In this document: piece after piece, positions 1-16,744 of the stretch
Layout of the letters: the number at the start of each line of letters is the position of its first letter
How positions within the stretch are numbered: the stretch's first letter is position 1
Origin: Flaccisagitta enflata
Taxonomy: Eukaryota
Assembly: GCA_965153355.1 (NCBI GenBank)
Contig: OZ231126.1
Coordinates: 37,696,001-37,760,000, forward strand
Reading direction: 5' to 3'
DNA length: 64,000 nucleotides
Position numbers and translations under genes: made by a program
Notes under the pieces: generated by a model
Told to the model about the DNA's origin: nothing
Databases searched by the model: none
What the model saw: only the letters and a program-made list of their open reading frames with translations

Positions 1-462
1 CGTCCATCCGTCCGTCCTTCCGTCCCCCCCCCCGTTGGCCATCAAGACCTCAAATCTGCCTTCCCAGCCCTCAATCTAGCCTTTGAGTCCTCAAATCAGC
101 CTTCTAATCAGCCCCCTCAGCCTCAAATCTGCCCTCCAGACCTCAAATCTGCCCTCCAGACCTGCAATTAGCCTCCAAAGCATCAAACCAGCCGTCCGTG
201 GCTCAAATTTGCCCTCAAAACCTCAAATCTGCTCTCCAAGCCTTAATTCTGCCCTCCAGCCTTCAAATATGCCTTCAGTGGCCTAAATTAGTCATCTAAG
301 GCCTGAAATATGCCCCCTCAGGACGTCTGGAAATTCCTCCCTGTGTTCTACAGGACATCGGCCCTTTGGGGCCGCTGCCCTGCTCTCACTCCACTTCATC
401 ACTGAATCACTCCCAGCAGGGCATCGGGTACCGCTGACCATGTGCGATCCTTGGATGACTAG
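1..462 (+). mobile_element. Interspersed HINE-like repeat with internal ~20-bp tandem repeats (second copy at ~4398-4840)
   Basis: (CGTC)n, tandem CCTCAAATCTGCCCTCCAG units and the 3' end GTGTTCTACAGGAC...CGCTGACCATGTGCGATCCTTGGATGAC are shared with 4727-4834. Confidence 0.65.
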
Positions 463-574
463 TTTCCCTTCTTTTCTCTTTCTTTTCATCCTTCCTTCCA
501 TCTCTCTTCATTTCTTTTTTCCTTTCTTTTCTCTTTCCTTTCATTGAACATTTAGTCCACAATTCCATTTCAAG

Positions 575-2684
575 CACTATTCTTTTTTTGCTGGTGACAT
601 ATCTGCAAAAAGATGAATCGCTGAAGGCCACAGGCAGAGCGGTATGAAATCAAATTGTTATACGAATCTACTCATTTGATATTTCCATATTTGTAATTGT
701 AATTAGCTCCCTTTATTCTTGAAATCCTCGTGTCACAGTTGAGTATGACGACGGATTGCGAGGCAAGCAAACTGAGGCTCCGATCCATTTTCTCCGTACC
801 CTGGTAAGAAAAACAAAAAACAAAAACAAGAACAAGAACGAAAGAACAATTCCCCGTATGAAACGTTTGATTTCGGGTATTTTTAGTCACGTGCCACGCG
901 ACTCTACACCCCACTTTGTTGGTCCTTCGGTCCGTCCATCCGTCGGTCCGTCCATCCGTCGGTCCGTCCGTCACATTTTTCTTTTTTTGCGGTCTTTGGC
1001 CTCACTGCTCATGCCCAAATGATCAAGTGACCTCAAATACGGCCCCTGCCCACCCGCACGCGACTGGGGTAGCCGTATATGCGGCCTTGTTCATCTACAG
1101 GAGCGATAAGCTGATAGTTACAATAAAAAAAAAACATAACAAAAACAAATAGCAAAAATATAAAACAAAAAACAACATGAATAGAAAACCAAAGAAAGAC
1201 AAGACTGGTCTTACAGGGTTTTTCACGCCAACACGCCGATTACAAAACAACATTTCTTTGCTGCTGGTGATGATAATCAAATTCTGAAAAAAGGTATGGA
1301 TAGCTAAGGAGCTCCGATTTTGTGAGGTGGCTTTGTATATGGTTAAATGCCAAGACGTTAACCGGTCAGAGGATTCGAATTTTCCGTTACCATTTCAAGA
1401 AAAAAAAATTTACTGCCCTGAAAAAAAAGCATTAGCTTTGAAGGTGCGCTGCTTTTCATCCTATAACGCCGTGGACTACCAATTGGTCCCATTTCAAAGA
1501 GTTGTCTTAACTCTTCAAAATGGGACCAATCAAGGGCCTGTAGCTCAATTCGTTTAGAAGCATTGCTCCTCCAAAATTAATGGTGTGTGTCAATAAAGGT
1601 GGGCCTCATGGCTCATGAGGTTATGGAGGATTGCCATTCAACAATCCACTTTATCCATCTGGCGAAGGCAAAGATGCCACAAAATTATATTTGAGTACCA
1701 ACCAAAGCTTTTGCCAGCCAATAGGCTGACTAGTGACAAACGAACTTGTGCAACAACGCAGGACCATCAGGAGCAAGTTTGCAGTGCAAGACCACATCTT
1801 TGATCAGTTCAATTTCAAACGACGAACGCAATTACGCAATTATGTGTTGTTTGTTTGTTTTTTTAGCTCAATTTTTCTACAAACAGTAATTCATACTAAT
1901 TTGGAATCATTAACTTAAGTCTCATAACCTATTTCCTGCCTGATACAGTTTGACATGGAGTAAGACTGAAAAATGCTTTCCTTGAAATTGTGATTTAATG
2001 GCTGTGAGCCAAATTTTAAGAATTAATTCACTCATCTCTGTTACGTTAACTATTTGGAATGACACAATCACAGTTTCAGATAACAAAATCGGAGCTCAAG
2101 GGCTGTTTAGATCACTTTTCAGAAATCAATTATCATGTCTAGAAGCTGAGAAACGCCGTTTTGTAATCGGCGTGTTGGCGTGAAAAACCCTGTATTTTCT
2201 CTTTTTCCAGGCACGTGAGAAATTTCATTTGCGCGGTGAACAACATCGATTCTGACGCGAAAGCCGCCTTAGCCAAAGCATATCAGAGAGAAAAAGGTAC
2301 GTGTGTGCATGCCAGCTTGCTTGTAGCATAAACAATAGTTTTCGTTATTTGTGACAGCTGTGTCAGTTTCACTAATATGCATACGATGGGCAGGGGTAGT
2401 AACTTTACAGAAAAAGTTCTATGATGAAGCGATGGACCGGCCTTCCAACTGACAAACCGATGGACCGAAAAGTGGCGTACATAGAGTCTCGTGCTGTGTG
2501 ACTGCAACCTTTGATCAAATTAAAAGTTCATTTGTTTCTATGTCAAGGCGTGGCGAGTATGGACCAGTCAACGGAGTCAGAAGTCGAGTCTGAATCGGAG
2601 GCGGCGATGAGAGAAAATGCCAGCAAAAGGCGGGGAAGACACGACAAAACCGGAACACCGGAGACACGCTTGGCTGAGTTGTGA
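575..2684 (+). CDS. 3' exons of an unidentified protein-coding gene (5' part lies left of the window)
   Basis: Exons 575-641, 739-803, 2211-2296, 2548-2684 have AG/GT borders with compatible phases (0,2,1) and give an open frame: TILFLLVTYLQKDESLKATGRA-LSMTTDCEASKLRLRSIFSVPW-HVRNFICAVNNIDSDAKAALAKAYQREKG-VASMDQSTESEVESESEAAMRENASKRRGRHDKTGTPETRLAEL*. No family recognised. Confidence 0.55.
881..1091 (+). mobile_element. HINE/DINE-1-like non-autonomous Helentron element, family A
   Basis: T-run, 5' palindromic subTIR AGTC(A)CGTG..ACGCGACT, (GTCC)n microsatellite, 3' subTIR GCACGCGACT, terminal hairpin, CTTGTT; no TSD. Confidence 0.75.
1214..2192. mobile_element. Tc1/mariner-type MITE
   Basis: 35-bp perfect TIR CAGGGTTTTTCACGCCAACACGCCGATTACAAAAC, flanked by TA on both sides. 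Confidence 0.9.
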
Positions 2685-3071
2685 TAGACGAGTGGACGGA
2701 TGGGTGGGGGAGGCCGGAGAGGAGGGGCAGATAGACATTTTAAGATCGGTGCGCCTTTGGATACCCGGCAAGATCAATCATGCAATTTCCAGAATATTGC
2801 TGATTGTAATGGATTAACATGGTGGGGTCACTGGGGTGGATGTGGCTATGCATTTTGATGAATTTTGACAGACAACTAGAAGGCTGATCTGATTATTCAT
2901 TTATTGATTAACACAAGGTGCCATTTCTTTCTTTTTTTTCAGCTTGGCAAAAGGGAATGGGTTAATTCAGATTCTAATCAAAGCCCTTAGTAAATTGGTA
3001 AATTGATCATTTAAGTTTTTTCAAAATGCGTTGACTTTGGAAATTTCCCCTTCGAGTGAACCATGTCTTAC

Positions 3072-5469
3072 CTCGGTCCAAGTAAAATAGTCGTTGAACT
3101 TTGACAGGAATTCCTACGATATATTCTAATCTCGTTTTCAATTCCTTGACGGTCGTTGATGGCTTCACCTAACATAAAGTGAATTGCACTAGAAAATTAT
3201 TTACATAATTTTACAACTTTTCTACTTGTAAACTTGTGTGTTACAACTTGCTCAATTACAATCCTGTAGTTTAAGATTCATAAAAAAAGATCAATTAAAG
3301 ATTTAAAAATGATTCATACGATAAGAGTTTTTATTTCAAACGCGTTGGCATGACAAAAGATGTCAGAGTTAGTCAGTTCGATGTCTGAATTATAACTGCG
3401 ACTGAGCGTGGCAGCGGGGAGAACGCATACAAATCTCAATGTAAGCTTAGGACGCTGACTTATTTTTCAGGTTTCAGTCAGTTGGGCGCGTCACTTCCAT
3501 TTTTTTACCTCGTGAACTTTGAATCTTTCTCCGGTGAAAATATGGACGTTAAGGGAAAAGCAATCGGGATCCATCGTTAGACAAGGGTCGATGTGACCCC
3601 TTCCTCCGTGACCGGCGTTGCCCCCACCGCCACCTCCTCCACCTCCTCCTCCGACACGAGTAGTAGCTTCGGTCTTTGCCATCGCGGCAACATCCGTTTT
3701 ACCGCCTTTTAAAACATGGAAAACGATGCAAATATATTTATCAGTGGCTCCTAGCTCGATTGGATCAATTTCAGACCTAAATGTTAAATGCTATTTACCA
3801 GATTTCAAATATCAGATTTTAAACTTTGAATTTCATCAATTTGAATTCCAAATTCGATGACACATGAACATTCCAAACCTTTGGCTCTGTCCGTCTTAAA
3901 AGCCGCGTCTCCTGTGCCTCCTCCTCCTCCTCCTCCTCTGCCTCCTCCTTTTAAGGCGGCATTTGCTGCGTGGCGGCGGAGAGAAGACGGCGTCGCTGAG
4001 GCCGGAAGTGAAGCGTGTTGAAAGCCGCAAATCTGTTATTTTGTAAAAGAAAGAAGTAATACGGGGTTACTATGTCGTTGTGGTATTTTGCCGGTGAGTC
4101 TCATCCGGAAGGGCTTCCTTGACAGGCAATATACGGCCACCTTTATTACACTTTTCGAGAGCATAATGTAGCAACCGATGAACGGACGGATGGACAAATC
4201 TTCATAACGAGTTAGTAGTCCGCGACTAAAAAGAAAATGATTCTCTGAATTCTGAATATTGCAAATCACTGCACATCGCACCTCTCGTTATCAAAAGCCT
4301 TGTTTTTTTTTTGTTTTTGTTTCTTGTTTCTTGTTTTTTTTTTGTGTGTGTTTTTTTTTTAGTCTTGTTTTATCATTTTCTTCTTCTTTTTTTTTTTTTG
4401 AGCCCCGCAGCGGAAGGGCCGATGTCTTTTGTAGGGGTGACTTATCAAACATCCATCGTACGATGTTTTTTTGTCCATCCTCCCCCTGCTTTCACGCTCA
4501 TGGAAGAAATCCTGATAATAAGGTTTTATTCATTGGAAAAACATGATTATCATGTTTTTTTCCTTGGGCTTGATTTTTGCCGTCTCAGCTCTTCATGGTA
4601 AGCCTTTCATATACTTCAAATTCACCATTCAGGCCTTTTATCTGCTCTCCAGGCCCAAATCTGCCCCCCCCCCCCCGACCTCTAAGCTGCCTTTAATGAT
4701 CTTTCAGGATGACTTGAAATTCACCCTTGTGTTCTACAGGACGTTGGCCCTATAATGCTCTCACTCCACTTTTCCGCTTGATCTTTCTGCGAAGGGCAAC
4801 GGATAACGCTGACCATGTGCGATCCTTGGATGACAAGTTTCTCCCTCCCTTTCTCTCTTTAAGTGTGTTTGTTCGTTTATTCGTTGGTTCGTTTGTTTGT
4901 TCGTTCGTTCGTTCGCTCCATATCTTTTCAACCTTCATTCTTTGTTTCTTTCATTCCAACTTTGACGGCGAAAAAAAGCTACGCAACACGAAGCAAAATT
5001 AACTGTTAGTTACGTAATCAAGTCGAGGTAGAAATATTAAAAACAAGCCCGACCGGGCAACGATGCGTCCGGGCTGTGTCTCGGCGTGTATTGATCATGT
5101 GACATATATGGAGAGATAGATGGACGAACAGACGGGTGAAACGACTAAGTAGTAAAGGAGGCTCTCAAAACATGTTAGTCGATCATTGGTTTCAGTATAG
5201 GATCTCACCGTGGCCAAAAACAAGCGAGAAACGCGGTTTTTGCACTTGCGTAATGGACATACGGACGGACGGACCGACGGACGGACCGACGGACGGACGG
5301 ACCCTCTTATAGAGATGCGTTCCTGACGGACGCATCTAAAAAAAATAAGCTCACCTCAGTTTGTGGTGTTGGATTTGAGTGATGAAAGTGTTGGAGTCCA
5401 ATTCGAGCTCCAATCAGTGAAACGTTAAGAGAGGGGAGCGGTGACGCAGATATTTCCCCATTGGTCACT
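3072..5469 (-). CDS. ANKRD60: ANKRD60-like protein, N-terminal exons including the start of the ubiquitin-like domain (partial)
   Basis: Exons 5469-5355, 4032-3879, 3705-3509, 3168-3072 are phase-consistent. The last two encode PDCFSLNVHIFTGERFKVHEVKPSTTVKELKTRLEYIVGIPVKVQRLFYLDRG, which matches ANKRD60 as I recall it ([44 protein letters not shown]). The two upstream exons are less certain. Downstream exons were not found in 1-3071. Confidence 0.7.
5042..5341 (-). mobile_element. HINE/DINE-1-like element, family C (related copy at 40962-41262 on +)
   Basis: 5' AGATGCGTCC..GAACGCATCT hairpin, (GTCC)n, 3' GGACGCATC plus GCCCGGTCGGGC hairpin plus TTGTT. Confidence 0.75.
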
Positions 5470-5544
5470 CTGCCGTGAAAAACAAAAGAATAAAAAGATA
5501 TTTGCTAGGATTCAACCAACGAGTTCAAATCAGCTTGATTATAG

Positions 5545-5940
<396 letters not shown>

Positions 5941-8617
5941 CTGCATTTGATAATGATTAATGCCACAAGGTCCAACTGATGAAACTTAATATCAAGTGAC
6001 AACTTTTAACTAAAGCGTATTTCATCCATTGGATGACCTTGAATTGGGGGTAATACATGGAAACTGGCGCGCATTTTTGCCGCCTATTTCACTTCCGGGC
6101 CGCGTGGAAGTCAACGAATGACGTTCGCGTTCGAGGAGATGCGGCGGAGTCTCGTAAAATCCAACCCGACTTTTCTGCTTTTCTTTCATTTCGATTCAGC
6201 ATCTGTTTTCTGCATCTGCACTGATTCCTCTTTCAATTTCGCTTTTGTTTACAATTGATTTGGAACTCTATTCAGGTTCAATTTACTTTGCTTTCTTAAT
6301 TGGTTTTTTTTTCTTCTTTTTTGCCTATTCATCTCATATCCAAACACCAAAGGGCAAATTAAAGAATGATCGCACAAATATCCGGGATAAAACTTTAAAC
6401 GATTCTCATTGACAATTCTGTTTTGGTTTCGGAATATCAAATCAGGCGCAGCGATTGAATTTTAATCCCAAAGAGAAATACAAATTGGGACAAATGGGCG
6501 GCAAAGTGGCACGAAAATTAGCATCTGATCTTCTTTTTTTCTCGACTTCATGAACTCATTTATTTTTATAGTTTCAGATATCTCGAGTATTCTATTTTTG
6601 TCATGAGATTGGATTCGGCCCTTCAAAGAATTAAATAAAACGTCAGCCGTTTATCATATCAATATTTTTTTTATATGGTCGACTTTTCAATTCATCCACT
6701 TTCTCGACCCTTTTTAGATGCGTCATCGCCTCTCTATAAGAGGGTCTGTCCGTCCGTCTGTCCGTCCGTCCGTCTATCCGTCCGTCCGGTACGCCTCTTC
6801 TGATATCATGCAGATGACGCATCGAGTTACCTGGGCATGTTAAGTTGAGAGCAAGCGATCTCTGAAGGAAACTTAATGGGCCGATACCACCGTTTTATCT
6901 ATCAGTTTCACCCATAACCCTCCTCATTTGCGGGTAGTACTTGAACGAGTGTTTCTTCTCGAATGAAAAAGTAGGGACAACTGACGACCGCTTTTGCTCC
7001 TCATAAAAGCCGTCTTCAAGAAAGGCCAATCTGACCAACACTCGATCGCCCGACGGACAGACTGACAGGCGCATCTTCAAACTATTAGAAGAGATGTTGA
7101 CCATGTGTCTGAGGCAAGAAAAAATGATAGCGCACATATTCAGTAATTCTACTTGATCATGAACATGAAATCTCATCTCATCTCATCTATCTAAACTATC
7201 AAACTTCACAGATAGACAAATTAGTAGCATGACGTGATCAGTAAGCAGTCAGGTCGTGCTTCTTCGCAAATCAAGCGGTTACAAAGTTACGCAGTCTAAC
7301 CCGCCTTTCAATGCCCTTAAAGGAACAGAAAAGGACCATCCAAGCCCGAGGCGTGGCTGTCAAAAATCAACTTGAGAAGGGAAAGAAAAGAGAACTTTTT
7401 ATGGCTGCCACAGGTTTAAAAGGTGTCATCATTTTTGATAGGTTGATCTCATATTACCTGTTTCTTCTATGGCAACTACGAGTTTTTGATTAAAAAATCG
7501 TGGACTCAGCACGATTTAAGCGCGATTTTATCGTCCACGTCCATAAATCAAAAAGTGCTTCATGATGTTCATATTCTTTGACTACTTAACTCTATGCGTA
7601 AGAAAGTGCTGATATGACAAACTAAATGTTTTCGAAATTCAAAATGCGGTCATCAACAGTTCTAGGAAATCATCTATGTTTCAATCATTCAATGTTTATC
7701 TAGATGTCGGTTGTATGGATTGTCGATCGATCAATCAATCAGGCATTGCCCTTCCTCTTCTTGCCCGTAAAGTTGAAGGCGGATATTTTTTTTCTTGGAT
7801 CCGTTATAGCGGGGTGGAACTGTACTTGTTTCTTCGGAATGATTGCTCCTTTAGTCCCTGATCGACAGGTGTGGGGGGGGGGGGGGACGGGGGAGGCAAC
7901 TGTGTCTGCTTTCCATTGGCTGACTATCAAGCCTTCCACCGTGGATCCTGAAGATCAATCTTGCTTCCTTCTTATTTGACTTTTTTCCCATCATTTTTCT
8001 TATCTGTTATCTCATGATTTTTCTTGCGTCTGTCATGAAATGGCAATCCGTATTTTATTCCGCCCTCGGAAAATTTATTTTGTCTTTCTTTCTATTTACT
8101 TTTTTTTATTCATAAAAAAACGATGCTCTTTCAACTGAACAAAGCCGTCCATGGGAATCAGACAAATCGTTTGCGGTTGTGCTCTATCAACATCTGGAAT
8201 TGATCTGATTCTAGGTGGCCTCTGGTTCATTGGGTATTGCAAAGGCTTCCCCTTCCAACCCTCCACCTTGAGAAAAAAAAGTTTTAAGTCAACCGCCCAA
8301 TACAATGAATCTTATCGCAAGCTTAATTCAACAACCCAACTAAATCATATACAATTTTTACAATTTATTATGGCCAAATCATTGTTTACCAACCCGATCT
8401 AGGGCGGCGCCAGCTTATGAGGTTCACAATCGGAAGAACCGCTTGCTAAGGAGTATGTTTTGTCTGAAGACTGAAGTACTCCCAAAGTCTCAGCCCTGAC
8501 TAATAGACGGATAAACCATTCCTTCCTAAATGCGGAAAATGGGAGGATATTTAAAGCTGATCCATGCCAACTGGATTTCAACTGGATTTCGAAACATGAA
8601 TTAATCCCATGGAATTA

Positions 8618-8680
<63 letters not shown>

Positions 8681-9072
8681 AACTGAGGAAGACAGACAAA
8701 GACAGACATACACTGAGACAAACATAATCCAAAAAAACCTAGGAAATGACACGAAACAAGCCATATAATTTCGATTTCATTCTTTCGGGACTGAAAAAGA
8801 AATCAAAGAAAAACACGACATCGTCCTGGAAGAAAACGACTCAAATATGCAACAGATGAAAACGTCAACAAAAGAAGATTTTTCGATGCTATAGAGAGGG
8901 GAAAATGCGCTAAATACATCACGTTTTAGCGTTCAAAAACCCGTTGATGTCCCAAAGATCACGAATATCTTCTGTTATCGTGAGCTTAACATTTTTGACA
9001 AGGAGGTGTTAAACAATTATTGAGAGCAACGATCTTAAAGACTTCACGGTTGCAAATCAATGCATTAAACAA

Positions 9073-12605
<3,533 letters not shown>

Positions 12606-13059
12606 CAAAAGAACAAAAAAAAAAACAAAACAAAACAAAACAAAGAAATGCCCGTTTGTGTTCGCGAGGGTGCGCCAAGTCTGGAAAACTCTCTGTTCCC
12701 TGCTCACTTGCGCCAGTGCTCTAGGGGCAGAAAAGACATTTTTTCTCTTATCGTTCTTTTTATCTAATGATAAAGAGCCTATTCTAATGGGATTGAGTCC
12801 CATACACGTATACACAGCTTGAGGAATCTGTCTGTTGGACAAGATTGAGTATCTGAGTTTTGGATTCCTCCTCAAGAACAAAAGATTAAGGACCCTGAGG
12901 TGGAATCAAGCGGAAACTCTTTATTTCTTAGTTTATTGACTTTTTATTGATGAAAAAAGAATTGGCGTGAGACTTTTTCTACTTGTTTGTAACCTCGATT
13001 TGTCATTGTTTGAAAAAGCGAAAAAAGCGTCTTTGGTTTTCTTCATTAACCCGACAAAA

Positions 13060-14012
13060 CGGCCAGGAATCCCGTTGGAGAAAATCTCAAGTCTAAGGGT
13101 TATGAAAAAAAAAATGGACCCATCACAAATTTTTGCATGTGGGTCCTAAAAAGCATGTAGAACAAGAATCTGATACTTATTTTGGCCTATCATGAGCAAA
13201 AAAAAAAAAAGAAACGGTTTTTTGTGCCAAAAACAGCTATTTTTCCTAAAAAAATGGTATTAAATGAAATATTTTTGAGGTTTTTTTTACAGAAACATTA
13301 AGTACCAATAGTAATTGATATTTGAGTGAATCTAGAACAATTTTGAATAGGTCTATGAGGTTCAAAAATAGCATTAAAGTGCTCAAAAGTGGAGAAATGA
13401 CCTAAAAATTAAAAAATTGTCAAAACTGATGTTTTGGAACAGTTTTTTAGGGTAAAATATGCTGTCACTGTGAATTTCATTGATTTACTTAAAAAAACAT
13501 GGCCACAATAAGCGAAAACGCATACGGCAATATGTAAATGAGATCTCATTTGCATATTGCGGTTTTGCGTTTTTTGCTTATCACGGCCATGTTTTTTTAA
13601 GTAGATTGATGAAACTCATACTGACAGCATATTTTACCCTTAGAAACTGTTCCAATACATCAGCTTTGACAATTTTTCAATTTTTAGATCATTTCTCCAC
13701 TTTTGAGCACTTTAATGCTATTTTTGAACCTCATAGACCTATTCAAAATTGTTCTAGATGCACTCAAATATCAATTACTATTGGTACTTTATGTTTCTAT
13801 AAAAAAGTTCAAAATATTTCATTTGATACCATTTTTTTAGGAGAAATAGCTGTTTTTGGCACAAAAAACCGTTTCTTTTTTTTTTTTGCTCAAGTTAGGT
13901 CAAAATGAACATCAGAATCTTGTTCTACAGCCTTTTTAGGTCCCCTGTGCAAAAATCTGGGATGGGTTCATTTTTTTTTATTTAAGAATTTTGCAAGGGG
14001 GAATCCTGGCCG
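13060..14012. mobile_element. 953-bp fully palindromic (foldback) MITE
   Basis: Arms are reverse-complementary around the centre AAATGAGATCTCATTT (~13545); termini CGGCCAGGA..TCCTGGCCG, flanked by AAAA on both sides (possible 4-bp TSD). Confidence 0.85.
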
Positions 14013-14674
14013 AAAAACGGTTTTGGTTTTCATCATTTAAAAGCTCAAACATTTAAAGCGCCAATCAAATAAATCCATTTGCGTTTCCTGAAACTGCTTC
14101 AGAGTAGACGATTTTGTTTTGTTTTCAACCATTCTTTATCCTCTAAAGCCTTTATATCGTCAAACACTGATAATCATAAATTTTTTATAATAACGACAAT
14201 CAAACATGCAACATTTTATCTGTCTGTTCTTTTTAATTTAATAACGATCGATTTGAAATGGCGGTTTGTTTCCCGGAATAATGAACAAATTATTCAAAAT
14301 TGACGCATATATTGTGGGAATAATTTTGCCATTAATATGCTTTAGTTTATTTGTCTCATAAGATTCTTTGCATCGTGCATCGTTTCACGCGATTTTTTCC
14401 TGAAATAGAGCCTTACACATAATGAGACTATGTTTTTTCGGCAAAAATGTATTGTATGAAGTCTTTTCAAGCGAGTTTTTAAATTAGGGATGGTTTTAGG
14501 GATAATGTTGGGGTTGGGGATGGTCTTAGGGTTAGTGTTAGGGACAACGTTAGTGTTAGGGCTAAGGGTTGGCTGGGTTTTATGTTTAACGGCCTGAAGC
14601 TACTCGAATTAAAGCTTCGCTCTGGCGGAAGATTCGAGAAAAAAAATCGTGCAGAAAACCATTCAAAATTTCCG

Positions 14675-14806
14675 TTTTTAGGTGCGACAAAGCACCTCTA
14701 TAACTGGCTGTGTCCGTTGGTTGGTCGGTCGGTTGGTCTGTCTGTCGGTAACGCATTCGTTCAACGATCCACACGTCGCACCTTATTGGCCTACTTGACC
14801 TTGTTT
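14675..14806 (+). mobile_element. Short HINE-like element with distinct subTIR (AGGTGCGAC/GTCGCACCT)
   Basis: Same architecture as families A-C with different stem sequences. Confidence 0.65.
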
Positions 14807-15143
14807 TTCAGATAGCAGGTTTTCAGGCCTCTCTTTCTATCCAGTTAATGTCCCAGGACTCATCCTTGTTGCCCAAATCTCAGCCTTTGACACTCGACGC
14901 AAAAGTCCAGTCCAGTCGGAAGATTCAAATTCTCGCATCAAAGCCAGAAGCTACACCTGAAACTTTAACAAATTCATCCCGACAAACCATCAATGAGGGG
15001 CAACGGGTTCGCTGACCGTCTTGCCCTTGGCTTTGTCACTCTGACTCAAATAGAAATCTTCCTGTCTCTCCCCTGTCTTTGCCTTTGACATTGTTTTTTC
15101 ACTGTGTGTGTGTGTGTGTGTTTGTGTTTGTGTGTGTGTGTGT

Positions 15144-15240
<97 letters not shown>

Positions 15241-15685
15241 CCTCAACAACCCCCCATTCTGCCCATGTCCCTCTCTCAATTATCGAGTACTTGCCGTTGC
15301 GATCATGCCAAGCCAAAAGAGGCCGTTCGTCTTCTCAGAGTTATTTTGAGACCACGTTGACAGTAACAGTCTGTTGTCCAGGGACGCAATTTAAGTCTTG
15401 GCGTGTTGATTCACTTGAATTTGGTGATCCGTGTTTGTTGAAAAAGATTAACAAGCGTTGATTTATTCGCGTGATTGAGAAAAGCCTGGATGGAGGTGAA
15501 GAATGGTCAAAGCCGTAGCTGTGGTTATACCGTATATTTCCTACTTTGCGCCCCGGGCGCTTAAAGAAACATCATCTTATATTATCATTTTACCCTCTTT
15601 ATTAGCGCCCCCTTAATAACTATTGTTCTTGTCATTTTTAAAAATGGGACGATTAAAGAGAGAAAAGGGAAAGAGAAAGAGAAAA

Positions 15686-15884
15686 AACAAGGCCGGATAC
15701 ACGGCTACCCCAGTCGCGTGCGGGTGGGCAGGGGCCATATTTGAGGTCAGTGGAGCATTTGGGCGGGAGCGGTATAGCCAAAAACCCCATAGACGCCGAA
15801 AAAGTAAAGTGTGATGGACGGATGGACCGACGGACAGACGGACCGACAAAGCGGGGTGTAGAGTCGCGTAGCACGCGACTAAAA
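15686..15884 (-). mobile_element. HINE family A
   Basis: AACAAGGCCGGATACACGGC..AGTCGCGTGCGGGTGGGCAGGGG..GAGTCGCGTAGCACGCGACTAAAA. Confidence 0.8.
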
Positions 15885-15970
15885 AAACCCGAAAATTTCC
15901 AATACAAATCTGACGTCATTTGTTTATTTTCGAGTATAGGACGATTAAAGAGGGAATCAGAGAAAGAGAA

Positions 15971-16195
15971 AACAAGTGATGCGGGGTCACAATATTATTG
16001 CGTACGGATGGGCAGGGGTATCCAACCCCCATCCACACCCATAGCCATCCCTAATACTCAAACATACACAAAAAGTATCCAAAAACGCTCGTTTTCCCAC
16101 TTTTCAACTCGATGACCATGGACCAACGGACCAATGGACGGAGCGACAGATGGACGGACAAAGCCTCCTATAGAGTTGCGTGTCCGCAACTAAAA
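15971..16195 (-). mobile_element. HINE family B
   Basis: AACAAGTGATGCGGGGTCAC..TAGAGTTGCGTGTCCGCAACTAAAA. Confidence 0.8.
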
Positions 16196-16744
16196 ATGCA
16201 CAGACCAAAAAGAACCCCGGAAATTTCCAATACAAATTGGAAATTTCCAATACAAAATGGAAATTTCCAATACAAATCTGACGTCTTTTGTCTATTTCCA
16301 AATATCCCGTAATGTACTGCAAAATGTGATTTTGGTAATCACAATCTATCTTATTCATTTTATTTATTTATTCATTAACGTAACAGATCAGCCGCTACAG
16401 ATTGCATTGCACCAAAGTTCGAGACGATGACCGGGAAGGTTGGCGTCGGTCGTCGCCATGACAACTCTAATCTCAGATCTGACTCTCGGATGCTGGGGAC
16501 ATCCTTTTGAGAATCGTTATGATTAACTGCATCAAATGCAATGTAATGATATTTTTAAGCAATCAACTATCAACAACCTGTTGGAATGTTGTTTAAGTGT
16601 AGATTGGTTGCCATTTTAGTCTCACCACCCGTAAAACTTTGTTTCGTTTTTTTCTTTCGGCCAAAAACAACGGAAATTACAGTAACTGCATTGTCGTTTG
16701 GGTCAAAAGGTTAGAGGGTTTATATGCTTCGTTTTCGACATTTA

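Noticed and set aside
14484-14580. TTAGGG-like repeats
   Set aside because: Short, degenerate and interstitial; not a telomere, and no function can be supported.
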